Shown here piece after piece: positions 23,788 to 34,694 of a stretch of DNA of 59,130 nt. Source of the DNA: Nemertoderma westbladi. Lineage: Eukaryota; Animalia; Xenacoelomorpha. Location of the stretch: positions 1 to 59,130 of the forward strand of contig JAUCBJ010003746.1 in the NCBI GenBank assembly GCA_032718475.1, read 5' to 3'. The position numbers and the translations under genes are program-made. Below the pieces are notes generated by a model. That model ran no database searches, was not told where the DNA came from, and worked only from the letters and a program-made list of their open reading frames with translations. How positions within the stretch are numbered: position 1 is the stretch's first letter; each line of letters opens with the position of its first letter.

Positions 23788-24768
23788 CGTGGCAGGACAA
23801 TCGCCCTTCCGGACAATTATTGCCCCCACAATTAGGTCTACTCCCTGGACATTTAATCCCCATTGACACTTACCCACCAACAATACCTGGAGATTGCCTC
23901 CAATCAAAATTACGAAATAAATAAGGTCGCTCCGAACTAGCAAGATAGTCAAGTTCCTAACTAACTTGTTACAACTTTAAAAAATTTCATCCAGTCCATT
24001 TTATATTTAAAAAAATTAATGTTTGCTTATTTATGTACTCATTAATTCCGACATTTTCCAACTTAAATATTGCATTATGTTATAAAAAAAGCTATAGCTA
24101 GCATAAGGTCAAAAAAATTGTTCTGCAGAAAAATCGTGGATAATTTGAGAAACACATTAAAATTTTAAGTTTAGAAGTGGTGATCAAATCAAATTGTTCT
24201 AGGAAATCTTGGATATTTTGAAAAAATCATAAAAATTTGATGATCAAGGTTAATTAATAGGCGTATTATAACTTGAATTTCATAAAACCACAGGAAATCA
24301 TTCAAAGGATTTCAAGATTTAATAAATATATTCTGTAAATGAGATATCGGGGGGGCAATTGTCCTGGGTTTAATTGTCCGGTGGGCAATTGTCCGGGTGG
24401 CAATTGTCCGAGGGGCAATTGTCCTGGGGACAATTGTCCGGGGGACAATTGTGCGAGGGGCAATTGTCCTGGGGACAATTTTCCGGTGGGCAATTGTCCG
24501 GGGGGACAATTGTCCGAGGGGTCAATTGTGCGAGGGGCAATTGTCCTGGGGACAATTTTCCGGTGGGCAATTGTCCGGGGGGACAATTGTCCGAGGGGTC
24601 AATTGTCCGGGGGGCAATTGTCCGGGGGGCAATTGTCCGGGGGGCAATTGTCCTGGGGACAATTGTCCTGGGGACAATTGTCCGGTGGGCAATTGTCCGG
24701 GGGGACAATTGTCCGGGGGAAAATTGTCCGTGGGGCAATTGTCCGGGGGGCAATTGTCCTACTTCCCG
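23788..24768. mobile_element. TIR element with subterminal 15-16-bp tandem arrays (ggggcaattgtccgg)
   Basis: Well-kept array at 24350-24760 with palindromic core GGACAATTGTCC; decayed inverted array at ~23795-23900; termini cgtggcaggacaatcgccc and gggcaattgtcctacttcccg. Confidence 0.7.
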
Positions 24769-24932
24769 TAGTGATATATCGGAATGCCTCTAAAAAACAA
24801 CAACAAAAAACATCCACTCTCGCTGACCACAAGTACAATTGTCCGATAGGCCTTTTTAGAATTAGAAGTATCACTGAAACAATGTATATCTCCAACTGAC
24901 TCTCTGATACATAAAGTCCTAAACGAACTTAC

Positions 24933-25058
24933 AGTGGCTGCGTCTCTTTCAACCAATTCGTCCGAGTCCCGATTGTTTTCTCCAAGGCACTCAACAACTA
25001 AAAGAGCTGCCAGGAGTAGAGACGTTAACAGGAGTAGAGACGACATTGCCTTTAACAT
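24933..25058 (-). CDS. Probable first coding exon of a secreted prepropeptide (42 aa)
   Basis: MLKAMSSLLLLTSLLLAALLVVECLG is signal-peptide-like, followed by acidic ENNRDSDELVER-DAAT; a consensus donor GTAAGT follows in phase 0. Confidence 0.6.
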
Positions 25059-25579
25059 TGTAGAGTTACAGTAATCGATTTACTCTTCACGAAGGAAAAT
25101 ACAAACTTCTCTGTGATTGAATTTAACTACGTAAATAAACACTACCTACGTATGTAATGTACCTATGTAATGGATGTATGTATGTATGTATGTAGATGTA
25201 ATGGATGCAAAGTAACGCATGATTACTAAAGTTTATATGAATAAATAATTGGTGTTTATGAAAAAAAGAAACGAGACTGATAGGACAGTACGTACTTTCC
25301 TAGTAAAAAATGTGCCAGCCGTCACATATTCCACGGACAGTGGTTTCGGCGTACCGTTACAAGAAAGTGGAATCAATATGAATAAATAGTTGAAATACTG
25401 TAGCTACTTCATGTAGTAATGCTGTAGACAGCACAATATATGGATAGACAATTCGGTGATCGGTGACGAAACAACGGAGGCAACCCAAAGGATTCTCTCT
25501 CTTGGCTGTTACCTATAAGTATGAATAGGCACTAATGTATAAATGCTTGGAACACAACAATTAGAAGCGAAATTTATAC

Positions 25580-25662
25580 AGCCTTTAGTCGGATCCTAAC
25601 CTGCGCCGTCAAAGACTATTGTAAAAGCAGTTCAGGCGCTGTATCCACTCGGACATTGCGAC
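25580..25662 (-). pseudogene. Degenerate tRNA (Leu/Ser-like) or tRNA-derived SINE head
   Basis: GTCGCAA-TGTCCGAGTGG (A box) ... GGTTAGGATCC (degenerate B box), with long-variable-arm spacing. Confidence 0.5.
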
Positions 25663-27440
25663 ATTATACAATAAATACATCTTGAATAATACTTTGGGAT
25701 GGATAGTGGGGTTTATATAAATCCGTCTAGACATATACGGATAATGAAACCAAATAGATTTAAATAATAAAATACAAATTTAATATTTATTTTGAAAGAT
25801 ATTTAAATTTAGAAGCCTCATGCAACAACACATTCAAAGAAAGTTACATAGGTGAAACGTACTAAGTAATCGTAACAGGTACTATGACAAATACAGTAGG
25901 AACGCTGTACGCTGTCTTAGGGAGAATAAGTCGGCTCCCCTGTTCGTCAAAAAAAGGCCCTCGATGCGTTCCTCTTAAGCGGAATCCTCTACAATTGTGA
26001 ATCTTGCGGCTGCAAAAATTTCTCCGCTATATAACAAAAATATCGAAAAGCTCTGAAAACCATGCTTTGAGTTAGCTTCTACTCCAAATGAGTTCGCTTG
26101 CACTGAACTTGGAGGGTGGACGCCCCTCGATTTCGGCAATTATAAAGGCTCGCACAGTCACTCTGACCAAACGACTCGGTTCAGAGAACCACGATGATGA
26201 AGAAAGCCCCAATATTACTGAGCGACGAGAGCAGTATTGAAAACTCTCTCCTACGGTCACATATACGGGACTGCAGCAATAACTCAAACGCCAAGGACGT
26301 TGAGAACGAATCACTGAACACCTGGAGGAAAGCTGATGATCTATTATGTAATTAGACCCTTTTACTATGTTTGTTTTTATTTAATTAATGGCGATTGTTT
26401 TCCTCTATATGTATTTAGTCCCTTTTACTATGTTTGTTTTTACTTAATAATATTTATTATATTTTACTAAATTATTTTATGAACCAAATATTTATGAACC
26501 ATAAAAGAGAATCAACCTACAATTAATTAATTATGATTATTTATATTTTGATCTATATCTTATCCCGTTTTAACATATGAACTGCATACCGTTTATTGAA
26601 AGTGCTTATAATTAATTATTTATTTTTACGGTTTAATTTCAGATTTAAATTGAATGCTTAATTGTAGTACCGGTACAGAATGTTGTAGGCTTATCATGTA
26701 TGGTTTATTGTTTATAGTATGTATATTCCTTTTTACATGTTTTGTACAGGAATTAAAACGAATCAATCAATCAATCAATCATGAGGGAAAATCAAAATAT
26801 ATCACCTATCTCGTGGTAAATCCTTCGATATCGAGACCATCCATTCACAATCACATGTACTCCTCTTCAGATATTACACTGTACCGATGTCACCTGTACT
26901 GATGTACCTACCTAGGCCGACATACTGCCGTTATTTATGGAATAATTTTGAATTTGATGTACCAATATGGAATAAAATTAAAATTTCAATTTCGAAAACT
27001 AACTAATACTAGAATATAACTATGTTTTATTTCAAAATAAATGTTTTATTTATTTTATTCTCTCAATAATTATCTTACTAATTAGTTATCCAAAAAACTT
27101 TATTTAAACTGTAATTAGATTATATTTCAGTGGTCTTTTTGTCTTTATTCTACATAGTTAATGACAATGTGATTATCGATCCTCCTGTTTTACACATTTT
27201 GTTATTGATAGTAATAATGTGGCAAGCTGTATTTTTTGAGGTGTTTGTTATTATATATTTATTATAGGAAGGGATCTAGGGGGTCTTAACCTCGAATGAT
27301 AAGTTTATTTTACCGAAAATAACTTATCTTTTATAGGCGCAATTGTAGGACTAATCCCATCACATGCGTACTTTTTAACCGGGTAATGTTAAAATTTAGG
27401 AATCGCGTAATTTTTCTTGAAATTAATATATCATATCTCT

Positions 27441-27492
27441 CCAAACCACGTACGCGTTTCGACCTTACTGGGTCTCATCAGCGTCGTGTCGG
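27441..27492 (-). ncRNA. Minimal type I hammerhead ribozyme
   Basis: Minus strand: ccgacacgacg-CTGATGA-GACC-cagtaa-GGTC-GAAA-CGC-GTA/cgtggtttgg. Intact core, 4-bp stem II, palindromic ACGCGT stem III, imperfect stem I. Confidence 0.8.
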
Positions 27493-27550
27493 ATTTGAAC
27501 CTGGGACCTCGAGGTAGAAGCCGAGACAACAACCACTAGGCCACAGGTTC
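27491..27550 (-). promoter_or_regulatory. tRNA-derived Pol III internal promoter (A and B boxes)
   Basis: GAACCTG-TGGCCTAGTGG (A box starting at position 8; 27533-27543) and GGTTCAAATCC (B box; 27491-27501). Confidence 0.8.
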
Positions 27551-27819
27551 TTGAGATATGGAGTATTAATTTCAAATCCAGCAGCCATTATATTAGCCCC
27601 TGAATTTTATTATTGATAGTAACAATGTGTTGGCAAGCTGTATTTTTCGAGTTGTTTGTTATTATATATTTCTTATAGGAAGGGATCTAGGGGGTCTTAA
27701 CCTCGAATGATAAGTTTTACCGAAAATAATCGTTAATATCATGGGGGATAAAGAGTTATGGCGGCGCAAATATGTCGATAGCCGGTATAGCATTCTTGAC
27801 ACAGCTATACGTAAGTGCA

Positions 27820-29068
27820 TATGGTCATCTTTGACTGTATGTGATTGTATGTGAGTGTATGTGATCGTTTGTGTTTGTATGTACGTGTATATGGCAATCT
27901 TTAACTGTATGGTATGTGATTGAAGGTGAGTGTATGTGATCGTTTATGTTTGTATGTAAGTGTATATGGCAATCTTTGACTGTATGTGATTGTATGTGAG
28001 TGTATGTGAACGTTTGTGTTTGTATGTAAGTGAATATGGCCATCTTTAACTGTATGTGATTGTATGTGATCGATTGTGTTTGTATGTAAGTGTATATGGC
28101 CATCTTTAACTGTATGTGATTGTATGTGAGTGTATGTGATCGTTTGTATTTGTATGTAAGTGTATATGGCCATCTTTAACTGTATGTGATCGTTTGTGGT
28201 TGTATGTAAGTGTATATGGCCATCTTTGACTGTATGTGATTGTAGGTGAGTGTATGTGATCGTTTGTGTTTGTATGTAAGTGTATATGGCCATCTTTAAC
28301 TGTATGTGATCGTTTGTGGTTGTATGTGATCGTTTGTGGTTGTATGTGATCGTTTGTGGTTGTATGTAAGTGTATATGGCCATCTTTGACTGTATGTGAT
28401 TGTAGGTGAGTGTATGTGATCGTTTGTGGTTGTATGTAATTGTATATGGTCATCTTTGACTGTATGTGATTGTAGGTGAGTGTATGTGATCGTTTGTGTT
28501 TGTATGTAGGTGTATATGGCCATCTTAACTGTATGTGATCGTTTGTGGTTGTATGTAAGTGAATATGGCCATCTTTAACTGTATGTGATTGTATGTGAGT
28601 GTATGTGATCGTTTGTGTTTGTATGTAAGTGCAGTGTATATGGCCATCTTTGACTGTATGTGATTGTAGGTGAGTGTATGTGATCGTTTGTGGTTGTATG
28701 TAAGTGTATATGGCCATCTTTGACTGATGTGATTGTAGGTGAGTGTATGTGATCGTTTGTGTTTGTATGTAAGTGTATATGGCCATCTTTGACTGTATGT
28801 GATTGTAGGTGAGTGCATGTGATCGTTTGTGGTTGTATGTAAGTGTATATGGCCATCTTTGACTGATGTGATTGTAGGTGAGTGTATGTGATCGTTTGTG
28901 GTTGTATGTAGGTGTATATGGCCATCTTTAACTGTATGTGATCGTTTGTTGTTGTATGTAAGTGTATATGGCCATCTTTGACTGTATGTGATTGTAGGTG
29001 TGTGTATGTGATCGTTTGTGTTTGTATGTAAGTGTATATGGCCATCTTTAACTGTTTGTGGTTGTATG
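27820..29068. repeat. Minisatellite of 10-bp subunits in 50-70-bp higher-order units
   Basis: ggccatctttgactgtatgtgattgtaggtgagtgtatgtgatcgtttgtgtttgtatgtaagtgtatat repeated with subunit gain and loss. Confidence 0.95.
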
Positions 29069-29392
29069 GTAGAGAGGGGGGTAGATACTGGTTTCTAGGC
29101 CCGAATGATGGCTGTTAACCTTAACTCTGTAATACAGTAGGCCTAACTGGGTAAAGTCTCCTGAACGGACCCTTTGCTCAATTGACAGGACGCGTTGACC
29201 GGACCCATTGCCATTTAAAGGCAGAAAGGAGCAGGCAGCAGATTAGTAAAGGACCAGGTTACGATACTGGCGTGTTCAGGTGTTGGCGTTGATGGGAACC
29301 AAAACAATAAACGAAAGTTAAGACATGTTACAAGATTATGGGTCCGCTCACAAAAAGCTGAGGTAATAAGGGTCCGGTCAATAATACACAAG

Positions 29393-29511
29393 TTGTTGCT
29401 CATTGTTACTCGTTGTTGTACTTTATTATTCCTCATTGTTGCTCGTTGTTGGTCATTGTTGCTCATTGTTACTCGTTGTTGTATTTATTATTGCTCGTTG
29501 TTGCTCGTTGT
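29393..29511. repeat. Degenerate 10-bp tandem repeat (ttgttgctc[a/g])
   Basis: Visible repeats. Confidence 0.7.
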
Positions 29512-30049
29512 GCATTTTAGCACCTAACTCTCAGAGGGCACCTGGAGATTGCTGTTGAGGTCCGTCCATGTTGCAGTATAGAAAATGCTGCCTAACAGCG
29601 TAATTGTGTTTGAAGATGCTTTTAGATAGTACTGTGGTTTGAATTGACACTAAAACCAGTAAATAAGGATTAGCTTTATATCCGCGGAATGTGGCAGTCT
29701 TTCCTTTTGATTAAAAGAGGGCTAATATTGATAATTTGCATCTACGCATTTAATGAAATTGTGATTAAATAATTTTACCATATATTTTCCATACATATAT
29801 ATATATATATTGACGATATTTTTTAAAATTTGCAGCACTACAAAAAATTAAATAATACCTTTTACTGATTAGTTTTACAGATTTACTGACTGTTAGCTTA
29901 TTAGACTAAATACGGTACTTAATTTAAGGAAGTGAGGGGGGGGGGGGGGGGGGGGGTCCAACGAAAATGTTCAATGCTGCTCTAAATAATCGGACCTTAA
30001 GTTTCCGATGAATTCTGTTTGACTTCCAAATCTTGGAAAGACCATTTAA

Positions 30050-30365
30050 GAAGCCTCTCAAAAGACCATGAATAAAGTCATGGTCTGTCCACCACGCGTA
30101 TTATCTCCACAAGTCATCCCAGCCAAAGCACAGCTCGGGCTGATCCTCACGACGAAAGCAATGTCCTGCAAAGCGGTGGCGTCCGTTCCATTGTCAAACT
30201 TGGGGAAACATGTAACACCACCCATGCTTTATAGGGTCTGGCTGGAGAAGCGTCCATTGTACTTGACGCAGTGAACCCGGCGTAGCATTCTTATATATAT
30301 GTGCCATCCAGAGATTTGGTTCCTCAACAGTTAGAGCCCAGCTGGACACCCATACCAAGGAGTAT
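30050..30365 (-). mobile_element. RTE-like LINE family B, 3' fragment
   Basis: Reverse complement aligns by eye with 42350-42620 (ctgggctctaactg..gagga.accaaatctctggatggcaca). Confidence 0.8.
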
Positions 30366-31808
30366 TTGTTATACTACTGCTCTAAATAATTAAACCTCAA
30401 AGTTTCCGATGTATATATGTGACGTACAAAATATAGGTAAGCAATGTAGTTGCGATGAAGGGAGAATGCCATCAAATAGCTTTAACAAAATTAATTAATA
30501 CCTTGGGCCTTTGCGATCTGACATAAACACCATGGAAATAAAAAAATGTTATATAACCTCTTTCCAGGATCAGCCCGTGGCATGATACCCTGCCTATAAT
30601 ATACAGGGATGGAGTTACCTTTTATACTGGATTTATACATGATGCACATAATTAATTATATTCCAGGTCACTAATAAATTACATGAAAATGTTGTATCCT
30701 TATCCAATGTAGCACAAATTGGTTCACAATAAAAGCATATTAATTCAGCCGAAATACATCAAATAGTGAATCGTTGGTTATCTTTACGATAAGGTTTCGT
30801 AGGTTTTAATAATATGGCATCTAAATTTTTCAATTAATTAATACAATACCGTTAATAGATTGTTAGTCTACCATGTCAAATATTGATCCCAGGTGTTGAA
30901 ATAAATATATATAACCCACTAAGCCGGAAGTGAAACTACATTTACCAGTCGGTTAGATATAACAATTCGATCTCCACTGCCAAATATTTAACACGAAATA
31001 TTTTAACCTACAATAATATATTGTTAATATAAAGCAACAAGTAATAAAAAATATAACTTTCCACAAAATAAATCAAAAATTTATCGATTCTTATGTTATT
31101 GTATGTATATTAACTGAGGTAAATGTAGTGTACTTTAAAATAGAAGCAAACAGCAATATAATAATATGAATTTCGAGTATAATAGTATAAATACAATTAA
31201 TTTACCTGTTATATTTGTGCACTGATTAATAGTAAAATAAAATAAACTTACACTGTGCGAAATTGGGAAGTTGACAACTGATACATGTAATAAAAAACTA
31301 CATATAAATACAGACTGTAATATTAGAATCCCCAAATCGCTATGATTTTAAGGAATCTTTCGTTTAGAGAATAACTTAAAGACAATGTTTGTAAACTAAT
31401 CATGAATTTAAAGTATCGCACACAATAAAATTTCTAGCTGCTTTTTAGTGGAGCAAAACCAGCCATTTGTTGCAATATTTTAAATGAAAAATATTATAAA
31501 AGTAATAAATAAGTGAGTATATATATATTTTTGATTGTGGTGTATCAGTTGTCTTACACCCATGAAACCTTCAGATTTATAAATATGAAAATATTTGTAA
31601 GATATGTATCTATAATAATGAAATTACTCGGGCGCAGTGCCACTTACTCGATAATGTGTCGTACCATCACAAACAACACATACCGAACCGGTATATATAC
31701 CGATACCCTATGCATATATAGTACCCTATACAAAAGTAAATACCCTCAAAGTATAGTCAGTTAATAACTAGTGATTGGCTACATTACGTTGTAGCCGAAG
31801 CTAACTTT

Positions 31809-32238
31809 GGGTATATCACACTAGAGGCGTCACTTTTTCACGGTTCTCGGGGGCCTCGCAGGTTACAAGAATGGCGGTCCAATCCAAACCCTAATTAAAG
31901 CAGTAATTTAACCCTAACCAGGAGTCATGAGGCTCTAATCTAAGACATTTTGAGGAATTTCGGACCCAAATTTATAGCAAACAGTCCAAAATTCTACAAA
32001 ATGCCTTAGACAGTTAGATTAGAGCCCCATGACTCAGAGTTAGGGTTAAATTACTGCTTTACTTTAATTATGGTTTGTGCATGACCAACAAACCCTAACC
32101 TAAAATACAAACCAATACCGCAGTCTGTACCTACAAAACATCCCAAAAACCAAGTCATTAAGTAACCCAAGACAGCCAAGTCAAATAACGCTGTATGCTT
32201 TCTATATAAAAAGTGGCACCTGTAGTGTGAAAGAGCCC
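31809..32238. mobile_element. MITE (PIF/Harbinger-like termini) with internal fold-back
   Basis: TIRs gggtatatcacactagaggcgtcactttt and aaaagtggcacctgtagtgtgaaagagccc; internal inverted arms at ~31886-31966 and ~31985-32077. Confidence 0.7.
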
Positions 32239-33625
32239 TAACTTTATATATTTATGTGTAGGGATAGGTATGACTTTATTCCGTATACATTTATTATTAC
32301 AATGTATTTATCACGTTTATAATTTTATGTACTATGATATAGCCTATAAAGCAGTTAATATAAAAAAAATATCAGAAACTATAATATTAAGTATTGAAAT
32401 CACAGTTTAAATGATACCTGTTTCAAAAAGAAAGTAAATTAAGTACCGGTATACTATTCAATATTTATTTCAAGGAAAACTAATAATATTTTGCAATAAA
32501 GTTTACATATTTTACATGAAAAATAAAAAAATATCCCTTATGACCGCTTGATGGGGTCGTCGGGATAAAGTTTTCAATGTGATAAACACTCAATTTTATT
32601 TAACAAATTTGCCTTTTACACGTTCCCTTGGTCGCTGTAAACCAGAGTAAAACTACAACACTGTAGAAATACAACGAATAACCGTTGCTGATTGAGATAC
32701 AGAAGGATAGCAGGAAGATCTGGTGCGCCTTATTTGGGAACAAATTCATAATATTTGGTGGTAAAAATCAGCCATTTTTACGAATAAAAGTTACTTTCCC
32801 TTGTATCCTTGTAACTCAATTCGTCGGAAAAGATTGAAACATCTGTTATAAATTGACGAATTAAAGGCAATTTTGAGGAATAAAATATATTCAATAACTA
32901 TCAACTATATAAACTAATAATTGTTGGTATAATATAAAAACTTGCAAAGTAAATAAGTGCAGTTACATCAACTAACTTACCGGTATATTCTATGTAACTT
33001 CTTCTACAGTACCATTATATATATTGTATAGTATAAGTATAAGTATAAACACCGGTAAATAAGTTAAGTTTAAGTATAAAATATCAACCTGTATTATTTT
33101 AGCCATTGCTAATTATTGGTAAAGGATAGTTACTATATTAATAGAGAAAATGAAAAGTAAGATAAATAATGAAATAAAATAGATTATCACACTTGTGTAC
33201 TAATATCTAGTAAATTCATGATGTCAGGATGTGGCCCTGCGATTATTTGTTTAACAATAAATACAAAATACCAATAAGATACGAACCATAGAAAAATCGA
33301 AAATTCGTAAACCGGCCCACTTAGACACGGTATGGATTGGATATACACACAAAGGGTGTACAACTGCCTAGATAAGGCATAGACAAATCGATATACCTAC
33401 AACAGTACAATGTTACGGTAAAGAATGGCCTCTACAAATCTACAATCTTGATATGTCAGTATATAAGCCTATATAATAATAAAATAATTCAATAAAAGTA
33501 TATCATATGTATGTTATTCTAGAACTATATAAATGGACCATCGATTACTCAAGGGAAAACACAGGTGGATGGTTGAAGCAAAGTAGAAATCCTATTAATA
33601 GGTAACAAATCAGAAAGCTTCTCGA

Positions 33626-34324
33626 TTATTTGCGAGCGCCGTGGTGTCGCCACCAGTATATAACTTCCTCCTCGCTGTAGCTGGTGAACTGAAAGGCCTC
33701 TGAAGCCTCGCCCGCACGGATGTATTCCCAGAGGGGCTCCAACTCGGATGGAATCTCGTACGATTTAAAGTATTTAGCGGCTACGCGGATATGATACAAC
33801 TTGGGGAGTAGTGCGCAATCTGGGAGTGTCATCTCGTCGCCGTCTAGATAAGGACCCGCGTGTTCCTTACGTCCCTCCAATAGGAACACCGATATGTGGG
33901 ATAATTCCTCCGTCAAAGTTTTACTGAACAAATCCTCCTTTTGCGGATCCATATTTTTGATCAATCGAGTGAACTTTTGGAAGACGTTATCTCCGATCGT
34001 GTTGGCTTTTGAGTTGGCCGCTTTTAGAGGGAATTCCATGAACTTATTCTCGAGGTAGTCCTCTGCTTCTCTGATGTCGGTAATAAATACGGATGTCCCG
34101 TGTTGCAGGGCCGGTAGCGGGCGACCCTGCAGGGTGTTCTTCACCTCAGGAGTCAGGCGTTTCGTGTCCACGACCGTTACGTCGAAGGAAAGCTGCTTCA
34201 AACGCATAACCAAGAATATTCTGTGGCAGAACACGCAGCCACCCAATTCTCTGGTGTGCTCCGGGCTCGATTTAACAAAAAGTGTTAACTTGTCGTCACT
34301 GTTAGAAATATCGTTTTCAGCCAT
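33626..34324 (-). CDS. CLIC: Chloride intracellular channel protein (GST-omega fold), 232 aa, intron-free CDS
   Basis: LTLFVKS...LGGCVFCHRIFLVMRLKQLSFDVTVVD and YLDGDEMTLPDCALLPKLYHIRVAAKYFKSYEIP match the CLIC N- and C-domain signatures; full length. Confidence 0.95.
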   Translation of the reverse strand: MAENDISNSDDKLTLFVKSSPEHTRELGGCVFCHRIFLVMRLKQLSFDVTVVDTKRLTPEVKNTLQGRPLPALQHGTSVFITDIREAEDYLENKFMEFPLKAANSKANTIGDNVFQKFTRLIKNMDPQKEDLFSKTLTEELSHISVFLLEGRKEHAGPYLDGDEMTLPDCALLPKLYHIRVAAKYFKSYEIPSELEPLWEYIRAGEASEAFQFTSYSEEEVIYWWRHHGARK

Positions 34325-34694
34325 TGTGGTTGTTTGGTTTGACAGTTTGATGCAGTGATGTTAAATACAATTTGATTAGGCCCTAACAACAGAACAATGT
34401 AGGCCTATGGTCTAACAGTCTGATAATGTTAATGTACTGATGTAGGCCTATCAATCAACTGATCAATGTACTGTTGTCCTTGTCAGGCTTTACACGCTTT
34501 CAGGCTTTAGTGTAGCTATTGCTGTATTGACTAATTGATGTACCGTACTGTCTGACAGTCTGACTGAAGATACAGAGATAGGTCAGTAGGTGTTGATCTT
34601 ACCTACCTGCCTGCCTACTGACATCAGGACATAGGCAGCGCAGCTAGGCCTACTTCCAGATTTCTGTCTGTCTGTAGTACCGGTAGGCCTAGTA

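Larger units (their letters stand above)
27202..27729. repeat. ~120-bp direct repeat pair (27202-27322 and 27610-27729), period 408 bp
   Basis: ttattgatagtaa...ggaagggatctagggggtcttaacctcgaatgataag...taccgaaaataa occurs twice with few differences. Confidence 0.9.

Noticed and set aside
24302-24899. NCPGG / GQLS / RTIAP repeat ORFs
   Set aside because: Translations of a 15-bp palindromic DNA repeat that is open in several frames on both strands.
25580-25662. Functional tRNA gene (also considered for 27491-27550 and 52540-52607)
   Set aside because: Acceptor and T stems do not pair properly; treated as SINE heads or pseudogenes.
25880-26340. GC-richer coding-like island
   Set aside because: Stops in the frames examined and no recognisable motif.
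27825-29045. His/Thr-rich ORFs
   Set aside because: Satellite translations.
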